Part shown: one piece after another, positions 10,302-20,147 of the stretch | How the letters are laid out: the number at the start of each line of letters is the position of its first letter | How positions within the stretch are numbered: the first letter of the stretch is position 1 | From: Vulcanimicrobiota bacterium | GTDB lineage: Bacteria; Vulcanimicrobiota; Vulcanimicrobiia; Vulcanimicrobiales; Vulcanimicrobiaceae | DNA: 64,000 bases | Direction: 5' to 3' | Assembly: GCA_963820825.1 (NCBI GenBank) | Contig: CAWGBN010000005.1 | Coordinates: 96,001 to 160,000, forward strand | Position numbers and translations under genes: made by a program | Notes under the pieces: model-generated | Told to the model about the DNA's origin: nothing | The model's input: the letters and a program-made list of their open reading frames with translations, nothing else | The model's database searches: none

Positions 10302-11822
10302 ATGCTCGATCATCCGGGTTGGCGTCAGGGTGACACCGCGGCGATTGCTCGCAACTTTGCCCGACTGCAGTACAATATTCTCTACCCCCAAACGATGTAT
10401 AACGGGCCGCCGCCGAACTACGTCGAGCTCGAGCTGCAGATCGTGCCCTTCCTGGCGGCCTCGCTCTATAAGATCGCCGGCATTCACGAGATCTTCGGGC
10501 GGCTCATCACCGTGGCATTCAGTCTCGCGACCGTCGCGACGCTTGCTTTTTTTGGACGCTGGCTCTTCGGCAGCGCGATCGCCGGGCTGACGGCGGCGTT
10601 CTTCTACGCCGCCTTTCCGGGCAGCGTCTACTACGGGCGCACGTTTATGCCCGATACCGCGATGGTCTTTTTCCTGACCGTCGCCCTCTTTGCGGCGGCT
10701 CGACATCTGACCGGCGACGAGCGCGCGCCGGTAAAGTCCGCGGCCGTGGTAACGGGACTGCTGACGCTCGCCTATCTCGCCAAGCCGGTTGCGACGCTCG
10801 CCCTGGTTCCGGTGCTGGCAATGACGGTCGAGCGTGCGCGCGCCGGGCGCCGCCTAGACCTCGTCGCCGGCGCCGCGTTGCTCTTCGTTCCGCTGCTCGC
10901 ACTCGCGCTCTACGACCGCGCCGTCGACGCGCATGCCGAATGGCATTGGGCGAGCGGAATCACTCGGCTCCACGTTCTCCCCGCGATGCGCGATGCGTTG
11001 ACGAACGCGAGCGCGCTGGCGAGCAAGTTCGTCAACTTTCGGATCGCCCTGGGCCTGCTGCGCGACCGTCTCTTGGGCCTGCTCTCATTCGTGCTGGCGA
11101 TCGCCGGTCTCGTCGCGTTACCGTGGCTGCGCCCGCGCAGCCGATCGCTGCTCTGGGCATGGTTCGCCGGCTGTCTCATCTACGTCTTCGTCGTCGTCAC
11201 CGTCGAGCGCGTCGACTACTACATGCTGCCGCTGCTGCCGCTCGCCGCGCTGCTGATCGGCGGAGTGATCGCGGCTTTCGCAGCGATGGTCGAGTCGGCC
11301 GAGATTGCGCCCGGCGCGCGCTATGCGCTGCTCGCGATCCTGCCGGTCGCCGGCCTCGCAGCGTTGCTTTACACGCGTGCTCCCGTCGCCGACTACTATC
11401 GTTACAACAAGGCGGCCTATCGCAATGCGGTCGCGCTCGACGGTGCCCTGCCGCGCGACGCTGTGCTCGTCATCGGGCATTACGGCCCCGACGTGCAGTA
11501 CTACATCGATCGCTTCGGCTGGGAAGAGGACCCACTATTATGGACGCCCTTTGACGAAGAGAGTGCGATTGCCAAAGGGGCGCGCTACTTCGTCTCGATC
11601 GAAGACGGACGCCTTCGGCGCAATCTCGAGCTCTGCGGCTGGCTGCAGCGGTTTCCGGTCGTCGCTGTGCCCGGCCAATGGCCCGTCTACGAGACCGACC
11701 CTGCGAAGGTGACTCCCCAAGCCGATCGCTTCTGGCGCGCCTTTCGCCGGGCCGAACGCGCCGGCGCGGGCCGAGAGTTCTTAGACGCGCGGCGGCTCTG
11801 CGTTATCCGCCGATCCCATTGA
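10302..11822 (+). CDS. GT-C glycosyltransferase, ArnT/GT39-like
   Basis: WRQGDTAAIARNF, YYGRTFMPD and multiple TM segments. The frame is open upstream to about 10200 (ALALRLHG), so the true start is probably earlier. Confidence 0.82.
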   Translation: MLDHPGWRQGDTAAIARNFARLQYNILYPQTMYNGPPPNYVELELQIVPFLAASLYKIAGIHEIFGRLITVAFSLATVATLAFFGRWLFGSAIAGLTAAFFYAAFPGSVYYGRTFMPDTAMVFFLTVALFAAARHLTGDERAPVKSAAVVTGLLTLAYLAKPVATLALVPVLAMTVERARAGRRLDLVAGAALLFVPLLALALYDRAVDAHAEWHWASGITRLHVLPAMRDALTNASALASKFVNFRIALGLLRDRLLGLLSFVLAIAGLVALPWLRPRSRSLLWAWFAGCLIYVFVVVTVERVDYYMLPLLPLAALLIGGVIAAFAAMVESAEIAPGARYALLAILPVAGLAALLYTRAPVADYYRYNKAAYRNAVALDGALPRDAVLVIGHYGPDVQYYIDRFGWEEDPLLWTPFDEESAIAKGARYFVSIEDGRLRRNLELCGWLQRFPVVAVPGQWPVYETDPAKVTPQADRFWRAFRRAERAGAGREFLDARRLCVIRRSH

Positions 11823-12585
11823 AGCTCTCCAGCAGAGCGCGAAAGGCCTCGGGCTCGACCGAGATGCTTCCGCGAAACGGAAAATCGAGCGCGACGATCA
11901 GAAAGAGCACCAACCCGATCAAAAAGCTCAAGCCGCCGATCATGAGCTGCTGCATCAGCGTCTGGTCGAAGCCGAAGAGATAGGTAAACGCCACCGTCAC
12001 GACCGCGCCCGCGATCAGCGTGAGCCACATGATCCGGCTGATTCCGCTCGAATCCATCGTGAGGCGCGCTCGCCGATCCATCAGCGCCGTATCCATTGCG
12101 GTCAGCATCTGCGCGGCGATGTTCTGCAGCCGAGGTGAATCGGCGGGGAGCGCTCGGACGTCGCGATCTGCCGCCTCCAGCAGCTCGTTGGAGATCGCCG
12201 ATTGCTCTCCGCGATGCATTCTCGGCCATTCGACGTTGATAATCGAGAGCACGTACGCGCGAAGGACTCTCCGCAGGCGCGCGCCCTGCGGAAAGGATCC
12301 GGAGTCGCGGTAGACCGTTGCGATCGCGCTGGCCTCGTCATAGCTGCGCGCTTCGGCTTGCTGGAAGCGCTCCCAGACGCCGATCGCGACGAAGGCGAGC
12401 AAGACTGCGTAGATGACCCCGATTACGGCTAAGATAAAGCCCGCACGGTCGTTGTGCGCGGCGCGGACCTGTTCGTTGGTAAAGCGCGAGACGAGGTAGC
12501 CCAGGCCCAGCGCGAGGATGACGAAGCCCCCCACCACCACGATTCCGGCGTCGCCCGTCGGAAGCGATTCGAGCCAAGAGATCAT
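11803..12585 (-). CDS. DUF4239 (bestrophin-like) membrane protein
   Basis: VIGVIYAVLLAFVAIGVWE...EA and LDFPFRGSISVEP patterns. Confidence 0.75.
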   Translation of the reverse strand: MISWLESLPTGDAGIVVVGGFVILALGLGYLVSRFTNEQVRAAHNDRAGFILAVIGVIYAVLLAFVAIGVWERFQQAEARSYDEASAIATVYRDSGSFPQGARLRRVLRAYVLSIINVEWPRMHRGEQSAISNELLEAADRDVRALPADSPRLQNIAAQMLTAMDTALMDRRARLTMDSSGISRIMWLTLIAGAVVTVAFTYLFGFDQTLMQQLMIGGLSFLIGLVLFLIVALDFPFRGSISVEPEAFRALLESFNGIGG

Positions 12586-12589
12586 CGCG

Positions 12590-13261
12590 TCACGGCAGCG
12601 GCAGCAGCGAGCCCGTACCGAACGTCGTCGATTGCGTCGGCGCCTCCGGAACGCCCGACGTCACGAGTTGCCGGTAGAGGATCAGTCGATTGGTGTTCTT
12701 GGAGAGCTCCAGCTGCATCTCGTAGCTGCGCTTGACCGCGCTGGTGAGGTCGCTCCCGTCGAACGTATACCCGAAACGCCTCAAATCGCGCAGCAAGAGC
12801 GCGTTGGTGACGTTGAGCCGCTGGTAGGCGTGCTGAATCTCGACCCCCGCGGCACGATACGTCGGATAGTTCGAGAGAACGATCTCGCGCTGCAGCTTTG
12901 CCTGATCGATCGTCTCTTTGAGCGCAGCGAGGCGCACGCTCTGAGGATCGACCGCCAGTCCTTCGTCGACCGTAGCCAGCGCGTCGTCGAACGCGCCCTT
13001 CGCGTACTCTACCCGCGCGAGCGCCGCAGCGGCCTCGACGAATCCCCTTCGGGCCCGCGCGTTCTTCGGAGCGACCCGCAAGGCGAGCCGGTAGGCGAGC
13101 TCCGCGTCGCGCGCGTCGCCGCGCGCCAGCGCGACGTCGCCCTGATGGACGCGCGTGTCGACGATCCAACGCTCGATCGAGCCGGCGCATCCGCTCAAGA
13201 GCGCGGCAGCGAATGCGACGGCGAGAAATCTACAAACGTACGTGCGCGGCAAATCTTGCAA
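12590..13261 (-). CDS. Putative TPR-like lipoprotein
   Basis: Lipobox LLSGC followed by helical repeats (AYRLALRVAPKN, EGLAVDPQS). Confidence 0.6.
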   Translation of the reverse strand: MQDLPRTYVCRFLAVAFAAALLSGCAGSIERWIVDTRVHQGDVALARGDARDAELAYRLALRVAPKNARARRGFVEAAAALARVEYAKGAFDDALATVDEGLAVDPQSVRLAALKETIDQAKLQREIVLSNYPTYRAAGVEIQHAYQRLNVTNALLLRDLRRFGYTFDGSDLTSAVKRSYEMQLELSKNTNRLILYRQLVTSGVPEAPTQSTTFGTGSLLPLP

Positions 13262-14117
13262 CCACCTCGATGACGACGGCAGCCGGGTAGAGGATCGCCT
13301 GCGAGAGTAACGACCCGACGATCGCCGTCAGCGTTAAGTAGAACACCATCGAGCGAACCTCCTCGACGGTGCGCTTGCCGTGAATCGCTTGATCGGTGAT
13401 GATCGCCGAGGTCGGATCGACGAAGAGCGTGAAGGCGATCGTGCCGACGCCGTTGACGACGCCGGAGAGGCTAATCGCCGTTCTCGCCACCCGGACGTCC
13501 AAAACCGAGGCCAAGAACGATGCTTGGACGCCGATCGCGTAGACGCACATCACGACCGTGTTGAAGACGAGCAGCCGCTTCGGGAGCACGCGCCAGTCGA
13601 AGGAGCGAAGCTCGGCCAGACTCGGCAAGCGTTGCGCCCGCACCACGTCGGCGATGACCTGCGGGGAGAGCAGGCGCATGAGAGAATGCGGGACCGACCC
13701 GCGCGCCTCAAAAGAGTGCACCCCGCGTCGAAACAGATAGGTGAACATCGGAAGGAAGAGCGCGAAGACGATCATGCCGAGCGTCCCGGCGAGGACGATC
13801 AACCGCAGTTGAATCTCGAAGAGGTGCTGCCATGCCGCCGTCGCGGCGGGATCGCCTTGCAGCCGGGCGACCGCATTGCCCGCTTCATCCGAGAGCGGCC
13901 CGACAAAGAACGCCATGAAGAGGTTTGCCAGCCGTCCGGTCGTCACGAACAGGTTGAAGAGCGAGATCGAGGTCGCGATGCGCTTGGTCTGGACGCCCGC
14001 CAGCCGCGCGGCGTAGGCCCCGATCGTCACGCCCTGCACGACGAACGTAATCGCCATCGCCCCGATCAGCTTCCCCGACCACAAGTGCGGAGCGGCAACG
14101 GCGAGCATTAGTTGCAT
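13230..14117 (-). CDS. amj: Lipid II flippase Amj (DUF2837) family
   Basis: RLAGVQTKRIATSISLFN, LSGVVNGVGTI and FVDP motifs. Start at ATG 14117. Confidence 0.8.
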   Translation of the reverse strand: MQLMLAVAAPHLWSGKLIGAMAITFVVQGVTIGAYAARLAGVQTKRIATSISLFNLFVTTGRLANLFMAFFVGPLSDEAGNAVARLQGDPAATAAWQHLFEIQLRLIVLAGTLGMIVFALFLPMFTYLFRRGVHSFEARGSVPHSLMRLLSPQVIADVVRAQRLPSLAELRSFDWRVLPKRLLVFNTVVMCVYAIGVQASFLASVLDVRVARTAISLSGVVNGVGTIAFTLFVDPTSAIITDQAIHGKRTVEEVRSMVFYLTLTAIVGSLLSQAILYPAAVVIEVVARFAAHVRL

Positions 14118-14124
14118 CGGCGAG

Positions 14125-15381
14125 TTATGCTGCGTGCGAGCTCCACACGATCGCCCCTTCGTCGACCGGCCCGATGATGCACAAGCCGAGGTTCTCTTCG
14201 ACGAGCAGTTCGCGCGCCAGGTCTTGGACCTCGCCGGGGGTGACCGCGTCGATTCGCGCTTCGATCTCTTCGGGCGTAACCTGGCGCCCGAGTGCGAACT
14301 CGTTGCGGCCCAGACGAAGCATCCGCCCTGAGGTCGACTCGAGCGATAGCGTGAGATTCCCCTTGATGTGCTCCTTGGCGAGCTCGAACTCGCTCTGCGC
14401 GATCGGCACGTCGCGCACCCGCCCGAACTGCTCGGCGACGACGTCGATGCAGGCCTGCACGTTCTGCGGCGACGTTCCGGCATAGACGCCGAAGAGCCCT
14501 GCCGCGCGATACGCGGCCTGGAACGAATAGACGCTGTAGACCAGACCCCGCTGCTCGCGTATCTCCTGAAAGAGCCGGCTCGACATGCCGCCCCCCAAGA
14601 CGGTATCGAGGATCGAGAGTGCGTAGCGGCGGTCGTCGCGGACGTCGATGCCCCGGGTTCCGATAATAACGTAGGCCTGTTCGCTCTCCTTATGCCGTAC
14701 GTTCGTTGCCGGCGTCGCCTTGGGCCGCTCGGGCTGCGCCAACGTGCAGGCTCCGGTAAATCCCGCAAACTCTTCGCAGACCAATTCGACGAACCGCTCG
14801 TGCTCGACGTTGCCCGCGGCGGCGACGATCACCGAGTTCGGGGCGTAGTGCGCGGACATATGCGAGCGCAGATCGTCGGGCGTCACCTCCACGACCGTGT
14901 CGGAGAAGCCGATCGTCGGCTCGCCGAGGTTCGATCCTTCCCACATCGTCTGCAGGAAGACGTCGTGAATCAAGTCGTCGGGCGAGTCGTCGTACATCTT
15001 GATCTCTTCGAGGACCACCCTCTGCTCTTTCGCGAGCTCCTGCGCGTCGAAGAGCGAGTGCTGGAACATGTCGGCGAGCACGTCGAGTGCCAACGGCACG
15101 TGCCGGTCGATGACCTTTGCGTAATAGCAGGTCGTCTCTTTGTCGGTGAAGGCGTTGAGGTTGCCGCCGACTCCGTCCATCGTCTCGGCGATTTGGCGTG
15201 CGGTGCGGCGCTGCGTTCCCTTAAAGAGCATGTGCTCGACGAGATGCGAGATGCCGCGCTGCTCGCGGCTTTCTAGGGCCGAACCGACGTCGGCCCAGAT
15301 TCCGACCGTCGCCGAGCGCACCGCCGGCATCGCCTCGGTCAACACGCGCAATCCGCTCGGCAGCGTCGTCTTCTTGTACAT
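14125..15381 (-). CDS. M16 family zinc peptidase
   Basis: HLVEHMLFKGT (HXXEH) and GGGMSSRLFQEIRE...GLVYS. Confidence 0.93.
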   Translation of the reverse strand: MYKKTTLPSGLRVLTEAMPAVRSATVGIWADVGSALESREQRGISHLVEHMLFKGTQRRTARQIAETMDGVGGNLNAFTDKETTCYYAKVIDRHVPLALDVLADMFQHSLFDAQELAKEQRVVLEEIKMYDDSPDDLIHDVFLQTMWEGSNLGEPTIGFSDTVVEVTPDDLRSHMSAHYAPNSVIVAAAGNVEHERFVELVCEEFAGFTGACTLAQPERPKATPATNVRHKESEQAYVIIGTRGIDVRDDRRYALSILDTVLGGGMSSRLFQEIREQRGLVYSVYSFQAAYRAAGLFGVYAGTSPQNVQACIDVVAEQFGRVRDVPIAQSEFELAKEHIKGNLTLSLESTSGRMLRLGRNEFALGRQVTPEEIEARIDAVTPGEVQDLARELLVEENLGLCIIGPVDEGAIVWSSHAA

Positions 15382-15962
15382 TACTCCGGTGATTTGAAGG
15401 CGGTACGAGCCCACTGCTCGTCCCAGTAGACGCCGTCGCCGGGCGCCGCGAGTCGCGCCTGCAGTTCGGCCGTGCTTTCGCCTCGCCGCGCGCTGACGCT
15501 AAAGACGGTGCGCGAGGTCGGCTTCGCGAGATCGCCGCTCACGATGACGCCCTTCGCTACGTCGATCGGGATGCTCGCCCAGATATCGATCTCCTCGGCC
15601 GACGGAGCCGCCGTGAAGGCCGTTTCGGCGAGCGTTGCGACCTCAAAGGTAAACGCCTCGCGCGTCATCGGCTGGTGAAACTTTACCCCCAGAACCCGGA
15701 TGCCGACGATCACGTGTCCGTCGAGCGCGTTTGCCGAGATTTGGCTCACCTCGGCCGGCCACGGGGTGCCGAAGACGGCGTCTCCGATCTGCTGCGCGAG
15801 ATCGCGCCGGTTTCCCGCGGCACGCGCTTGCGCGTCGAGCTCGGCAATCGTCGGCGTATACGCCGCCGCGATGCCGGCGGTGAGCTGCAGCGCGAGCACG
15901 GCGGCGAGGGAGCCCTTAATACGATTGCGCAAAATAGGCTCTGGCCTTTGCCGGCTCGCCAC
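15381..15962 (-). CDS. Hypothetical exported protein
   Basis: Signal-peptide-like N-terminus and coupling to both neighbours; no family recognised. Confidence 0.6.
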   Translation of the reverse strand: MASRQRPEPILRNRIKGSLAAVLALQLTAGIAAAYTPTIAELDAQARAAGNRRDLAQQIGDAVFGTPWPAEVSQISANALDGHVIVGIRVLGVKFHQPMTREAFTFEVATLAETAFTAAPSAEEIDIWASIPIDVAKGVIVSGDLAKPTSRTVFSVSARRGESTAELQARLAAPGDGVYWDEQWARTAFKSPE

Positions 15963-17376
15963 AGGCCGTACAGGTAAGGTTCGAGGCTTCGAGCGGCCGC
16001 ACGATTCGCGTCGTCGCCGTCGTCAGCGCTTTGACGCTCGCTTCGCACTGCGGGCGTTCGCACCAGGCAATGTCGATCATCCCCGCGCGCGTCTTGCAGA
16101 GCGTTAGAAACTCATCGCGCTCCTGCGTTGCGATGGTGTGCTCCTCCAGGAATGCTTTCGCTTGCGCGTAGAGAGACCGCTGAATCTCATCGAGCAGTTC
16201 CCGCAGCCGCGAGGGAACCTGGTCTAGGGAGACGCTCTCGCGCTGACCCTCTTCGCCTTTGTTCCGATCTCGACGCGCGAGGACGCACGTTCCGGCATCC
16301 ACGTCCCGCGGGCCGATCTCGATGCGAACCGGCACGCCGCGAACGTCCCATTCGCTATACTTCCACCCGGGCTGCTCGTCGCGCGCGTCGACCCGAACGC
16401 GAAAACCCGACTCGAGCAAGCGGCTCGCCAATGCGTTGCAGCTCTCGATCGCCCGTGCATCGTTCGAGCGGACGATTGGGATCAGGACCGCTTCGATCGG
16501 CGCCATCTTCGGCGGTATGCGAAGACCGCGGTCGTCGCCATGCGTCATGATCAGGCCACCGAGCATCCGCCACGAAACGCCCCACGACGTGGTAAAGGCA
16601 TATTTGATCGCGCCGTCGGCGTCGGTGAACCGGATCTCGTACGCTTTGGCGAAGTTCTGGCCCAAATCGTGCGAGGTGCCCGATTGCAGCGCCTTGCCGT
16701 CGGGCATCAGCGCTTCGATCGCGAAGGTTTCAACGGCGCCCGGAAAACGCTCGCTGGCACTTTTGCGCCCCGAATAGACCGGAATCGCAGCGACGTTCTC
16801 GGCGAAGTCGCGGTAGAGATCGAGAATCTTGAGCGTCTCTTCGCGGGCCTCCGAGGCCGTCGCATGCGCGGTGTGGCCCTCTTGCCAGAGAAACTCCATC
16901 GTGCGCAGAAACGGCCGCGTCGCCTTCTCCCAACGCACGACGTTCGCCCACTGATTGATCAAGATCGGCAGATCGCGGTACGACTCGATCCACTGCGCGT
17001 ACATCGTTCCGATCATCGCTTCGGAGGTTGGCCGGATCGCGAGGCGCTCGGTGAGCACTTCGCTCCCGCCTTGCGTGACCCAAGCAACTTCCGGTGCAAA
17101 TCCTTCGACGTGTTCCGCCTCCCGAACCAAGAGACTCTCCGGAATTAAGAGCGGAAAATAGGCGTTTTCGTGACCGGTCGCCTTGAAGCGAGCGTCGAGC
17201 TGCCGTTGCAGATTCTCCCAGAGGCCGAAGCCGTAGGGACGCAGCACGACGCAACCTCGCACCGGCGAATAGGAGACGAGTTCGGCCTTGAGGCAGGCCG
17301 CGGTGTACCATGCGGAAAGGTCGGCCGCCTTCGGAGGGATCTCCTTGACGGTGCCCGCGGGGAGCGCGTCGGACAT
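15916..17376 (-). CDS. proS: Proline--tRNA ligase, archaeal/eukaryote-like type
   Basis: RPTSE, QWANVVRWE, EFLWQEGHT, QSGTSHDLGQNF; C-terminal Cys cluster ending FAQSY. Confidence 0.97.
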   Translation of the reverse strand: MSDALPAGTVKEIPPKAADLSAWYTAACLKAELVSYSPVRGCVVLRPYGFGLWENLQRQLDARFKATGHENAYFPLLIPESLLVREAEHVEGFAPEVAWVTQGGSEVLTERLAIRPTSEAMIGTMYAQWIESYRDLPILINQWANVVRWEKATRPFLRTMEFLWQEGHTAHATASEAREETLKILDLYRDFAENVAAIPVYSGRKSASERFPGAVETFAIEALMPDGKALQSGTSHDLGQNFAKAYEIRFTDADGAIKYAFTTSWGVSWRMLGGLIMTHGDDRGLRIPPKMAPIEAVLIPIVRSNDARAIESCNALASRLLESGFRVRVDARDEQPGWKYSEWDVRGVPVRIEIGPRDVDAGTCVLARRDRNKGEEGQRESVSLDQVPSRLRELLDEIQRSLYAQAKAFLEEHTIATQERDEFLTLCKTRAGMIDIAWCERPQCEASVKALTTATTRIVRPLEASNLTCTACGEPAKARAYFAQSY

Positions 17377-17455
17377 GACCGGCCCCGCTTCGCGCGCGAT
17401 GACGAAACGGCCTTCGCCGGGGAAGTTCTAGCCCGAGCGAGCATAGGGAGAAGCA

Positions 17456-18055
17456 ATGCCCAAGGCGACACGAATTTATACGCGGACCGGCGACAAGGGG
17501 ATGACCGGACTCGTCGGCGGCGGCCGTATCAAAAAGAGTGCGCGTCGTATCGACGCGTACGGGACGCTTGACGAGCTATCGAGCGCGATCGGCGTCGCAC
17601 GGACCGCCCTGCGGCCGCTTCTCGCGCAGTCGCGCCCAGCGCGGATCGACGCCTGGCTGGCTTGGACGCAGGATGCGCTCTTCAATCTCGGCAGCGAGCT
17701 TGCGACGCTTCCCAAAGATCGTCGCGACGGGCAGGCCTCGATTCGCGATGCGGACGTCCACGCGCTGGAGCGCGCAATCGACGAAGCGACCCGCGATCTG
17801 CCCCCGCTCACGAACTTCATTCATCCGGGCGGATCGTCGCCCGGCGCAGAGCTTCACCTCGCGCGTACCATCTGCCGCCGCGCGGAACGCCTTCTCGTCG
17901 CGCTCATCGACGAAGAGGAGTCTGCTGCCGATGAGGCGCTGCGCTATCTCAATCGCCTCTCCGACGCGCTCTTCGTTTGGGCTCGCTGGATCAACGACGC
18001 GCTCGGCATTCCCGAGCATCTTTGGAATCACTCCGGCAGGCCGCCGGAAAACTAG
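17456..18055 (+). CDS. PduO-type cob(I)alamin adenosyltransferase
   Basis: IYTRTGDKG, AYGTLDEL, RTICRRAER and YLNRLSD. Confidence 0.93.
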   Translation: MPKATRIYTRTGDKGMTGLVGGGRIKKSARRIDAYGTLDELSSAIGVARTALRPLLAQSRPARIDAWLAWTQDALFNLGSELATLPKDRRDGQASIRDADVHALERAIDEATRDLPPLTNFIHPGGSSPGAELHLARTICRRAERLLVALIDEEESAADEALRYLNRLSDALFVWARWINDALGIPEHLWNHSGRPPEN

Positions 18056-18073
18056 GTCCGAACGCCCGCCGGA

Positions 18074-19600
18074 ATGTCTTTCTTCTCCGAGCTTTTCGCG
18101 ACGACCGACGCCGACAAGCTTCGCGAAATCGGCTCGCGCAAGATTCTGCGTCGGGCGCTCACGGCAAAGGATCTCATCGCGATCGGCCTCGGAACGATGA
18201 TCGGCGGCGGTATCTTTACGACGATCGGAACCGGCGTCAAAGGGGCCGGACCGGCGGTGATCGTCTCGTATCTGCTCGCCGGTCTCACCTCGTTCTTTGC
18301 AGCGCTCTGCTATGCCGAGCTTGGGGCAATGGTCCCGATCGCCGGAAGCGCCTACACGTACGCCTACGCGACGATGGGAAAGCTCTTCGCGTGGATCATC
18401 GGCTTCGCACTGATCTTCGAGTACGGAATCAGCGCCGCTCCGGTCGCACAGCAGTTTTCGGCCGCGATTCAGGACGTGGTCAAAGGAAGCGGGATTGCCC
18501 TGCCCGCCTGGGCGCAGCAGTCGAATCTCATCATCAACGGCGCGTGGTGGCAGCCGGCGAGCTGGGATCTGGCGCACTCGCAGTGCGATATCATCGCCGC
18601 GCTCTTCGTGATCGGTTTGAGCGTCTTGCTCTCGATGGGAATCCGCGAGTCGGCGACCGTCAATAACGTCTTCGTCGTACTGAAGATCTCGGCGCTCATC
18701 ATCTTCGTCATCGCCGGGGCCTTCCTCATCCGCGGCGCCAACTTGCACAATTTCAATCCGGTCGGCTGGGGAACGCTCCGTCCCTTCGGAGGGATGGCCG
18801 ATTACTCGTCCTCAGCCCAACCGTACGGGATCATCGCAATCAGCGCGTACGTCTTCTTCAGCTACATCGGTTTCGATACCGCGACGACGACCGCCGAAGA
18901 GTGCAAGCGCCCGCAATTCGACGTACCGGTCGGAGTGATCGGCGCGCTCGCGATCGGCACGCTGGTCTATTGCGCGACCGCAATCGTGCTCGTCGGAGCG
19001 GTCCCGTGGAATCACGTTCCGATCAAGAACCCGCTGGTCTACGCGCTGGCGCCGCTCCATATGCCCGCGTTGAGCTGGGTGATCACCATCGGCGTCTTGG
19101 CGGGAACGACGAGCGTCGCGCTCGCGTCACTGCTCGGCCAGTCGCGAATCTTCTACGTGATGGCGCGCGACGGGATGCTTCCGCCGGCGGTCGCCGCGAT
19201 CCATCCGCGCTTCAAGACGCCCTTTATCACGACGATGATTACGGGCGCCGCCGTCTCGGTTCTCGCGCTCATCGTTCCGCTCAATAATCTGCTCAATCTG
19301 GTGAACATCGGAACGCTGATCGCCTTCTCGGTCGTCTGCGCGGGCGTACTCTACCTGCGCAAACGGCGTCCCGACCTTCCCCGCAGTTTCCGCGTGCCGT
19401 TCGTGCCGCTCTTTCCGATTTGCGGAATCGTCTTTTCGCTCTTCCTGGCGGTCTTCGGCCTCTCGCGCGCGACCTGGACCTGGTTCGTGATCGCGCTGGT
19501 CTGCGGCCTGGTCTTCTTCTTCGCCTACGGGTTCCGCAAATCGAATCCGGCCGAGATCGTTCCGGTCGAGGAGCCCGCCGGTCTCACCGAGTACGCCTAA
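18074..19600 (+). CDS. APC family amino acid permease
   Basis: IGGGIF, AGPAV, YAELGAMVPIAGSAYTY, YIGFD and MARDG. Confidence 0.93.
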   Translation: MSFFSELFATTDADKLREIGSRKILRRALTAKDLIAIGLGTMIGGGIFTTIGTGVKGAGPAVIVSYLLAGLTSFFAALCYAELGAMVPIAGSAYTYAYATMGKLFAWIIGFALIFEYGISAAPVAQQFSAAIQDVVKGSGIALPAWAQQSNLIINGAWWQPASWDLAHSQCDIIAALFVIGLSVLLSMGIRESATVNNVFVVLKISALIIFVIAGAFLIRGANLHNFNPVGWGTLRPFGGMADYSSSAQPYGIIAISAYVFFSYIGFDTATTTAEECKRPQFDVPVGVIGALAIGTLVYCATAIVLVGAVPWNHVPIKNPLVYALAPLHMPALSWVITIGVLAGTTSVALASLLGQSRIFYVMARDGMLPPAVAAIHPRFKTPFITTMITGAAVSVLALIVPLNNLLNLVNIGTLIAFSVVCAGVLYLRKRRPDLPRSFRVPFVPLFPICGIVFSLFLAVFGLSRATWTWFVIALVCGLVFFFAYGFRKSNPAEIVPVEEPAGLTEYA

Positions 19601-19646
19601 TTCGTCGTAACCATTTGACCCATGGCGTGGAAGCCGTTCCGAAGGC

Positions 19647-20147
19647 CTACTGAACGCCGCCGTTTTGCACGTTGGCCGGAACTTGACCGACGCCGGGGGT
19701 GACGACTTCGATCCGTGCGTTTCGCGGGTCGTACTTTGCGTGCACGCGTAAGGCATGGGCGACCGCGTCGAGCGAGATCATTATCCGTCCGCGAACGCGA
19801 AATGGCGCGTGCTTCAGCGTGAACGGCATTCCGTTGAGCATCGCGCGCGTATCGCCGACGCGCACGCGCAGCGATTGACCGCCCAGGATGACGTCGATCG
19901 TGCCGTTCTTGGCATCGGCTTGCGTCTCGGCACCGAGCGCGTCGGCGATCGAGCGCAGCGGAATGAAGGCGCGATCGCTCGCGGTAGTGACCGGCGGCAC
20001 GTCGCTATCGACGCGCTCGCCGTCGACGAGCATCACGATCGGCTGCGAAAACGCCAACGGCACCGAAACCAAGAGCGCGACCGCCGCGATCGTCGCCAGC
20101 CGGCGCAGCGTGAACGTCTCGTAGAGCTCCGCGGCGCGACGTATCAT
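19647..20147 (-). CDS. Copper amine oxidase N-terminal domain exported protein
   Basis: Signal/TM segment, then AFIPLRSIADALGA and APFRVRGRIMISL. Confidence 0.78.
   Translation of the reverse strand: MIRRAAELYETFTLRRLATIAAVALLVSVPLAFSQPIVMLVDGERVDSDVPPVTTASDRAFIPLRSIADALGAETQADAKNGTIDVILGGQSLRVRVGDTRAMLNGMPFTLKHAPFRVRGRIMISLDAVAHALRVHAKYDPRNARIEVVTPGVGQVPANVQNGGVQ

Noticed and set aside
17456..18055. Cobalamin biosynthesis cluster (PduO, SirC-like, CobC-like phosphatase, QueG)
   Set aside because: The genes are scattered over about 47 kb and no core cob/cbi genes are present.
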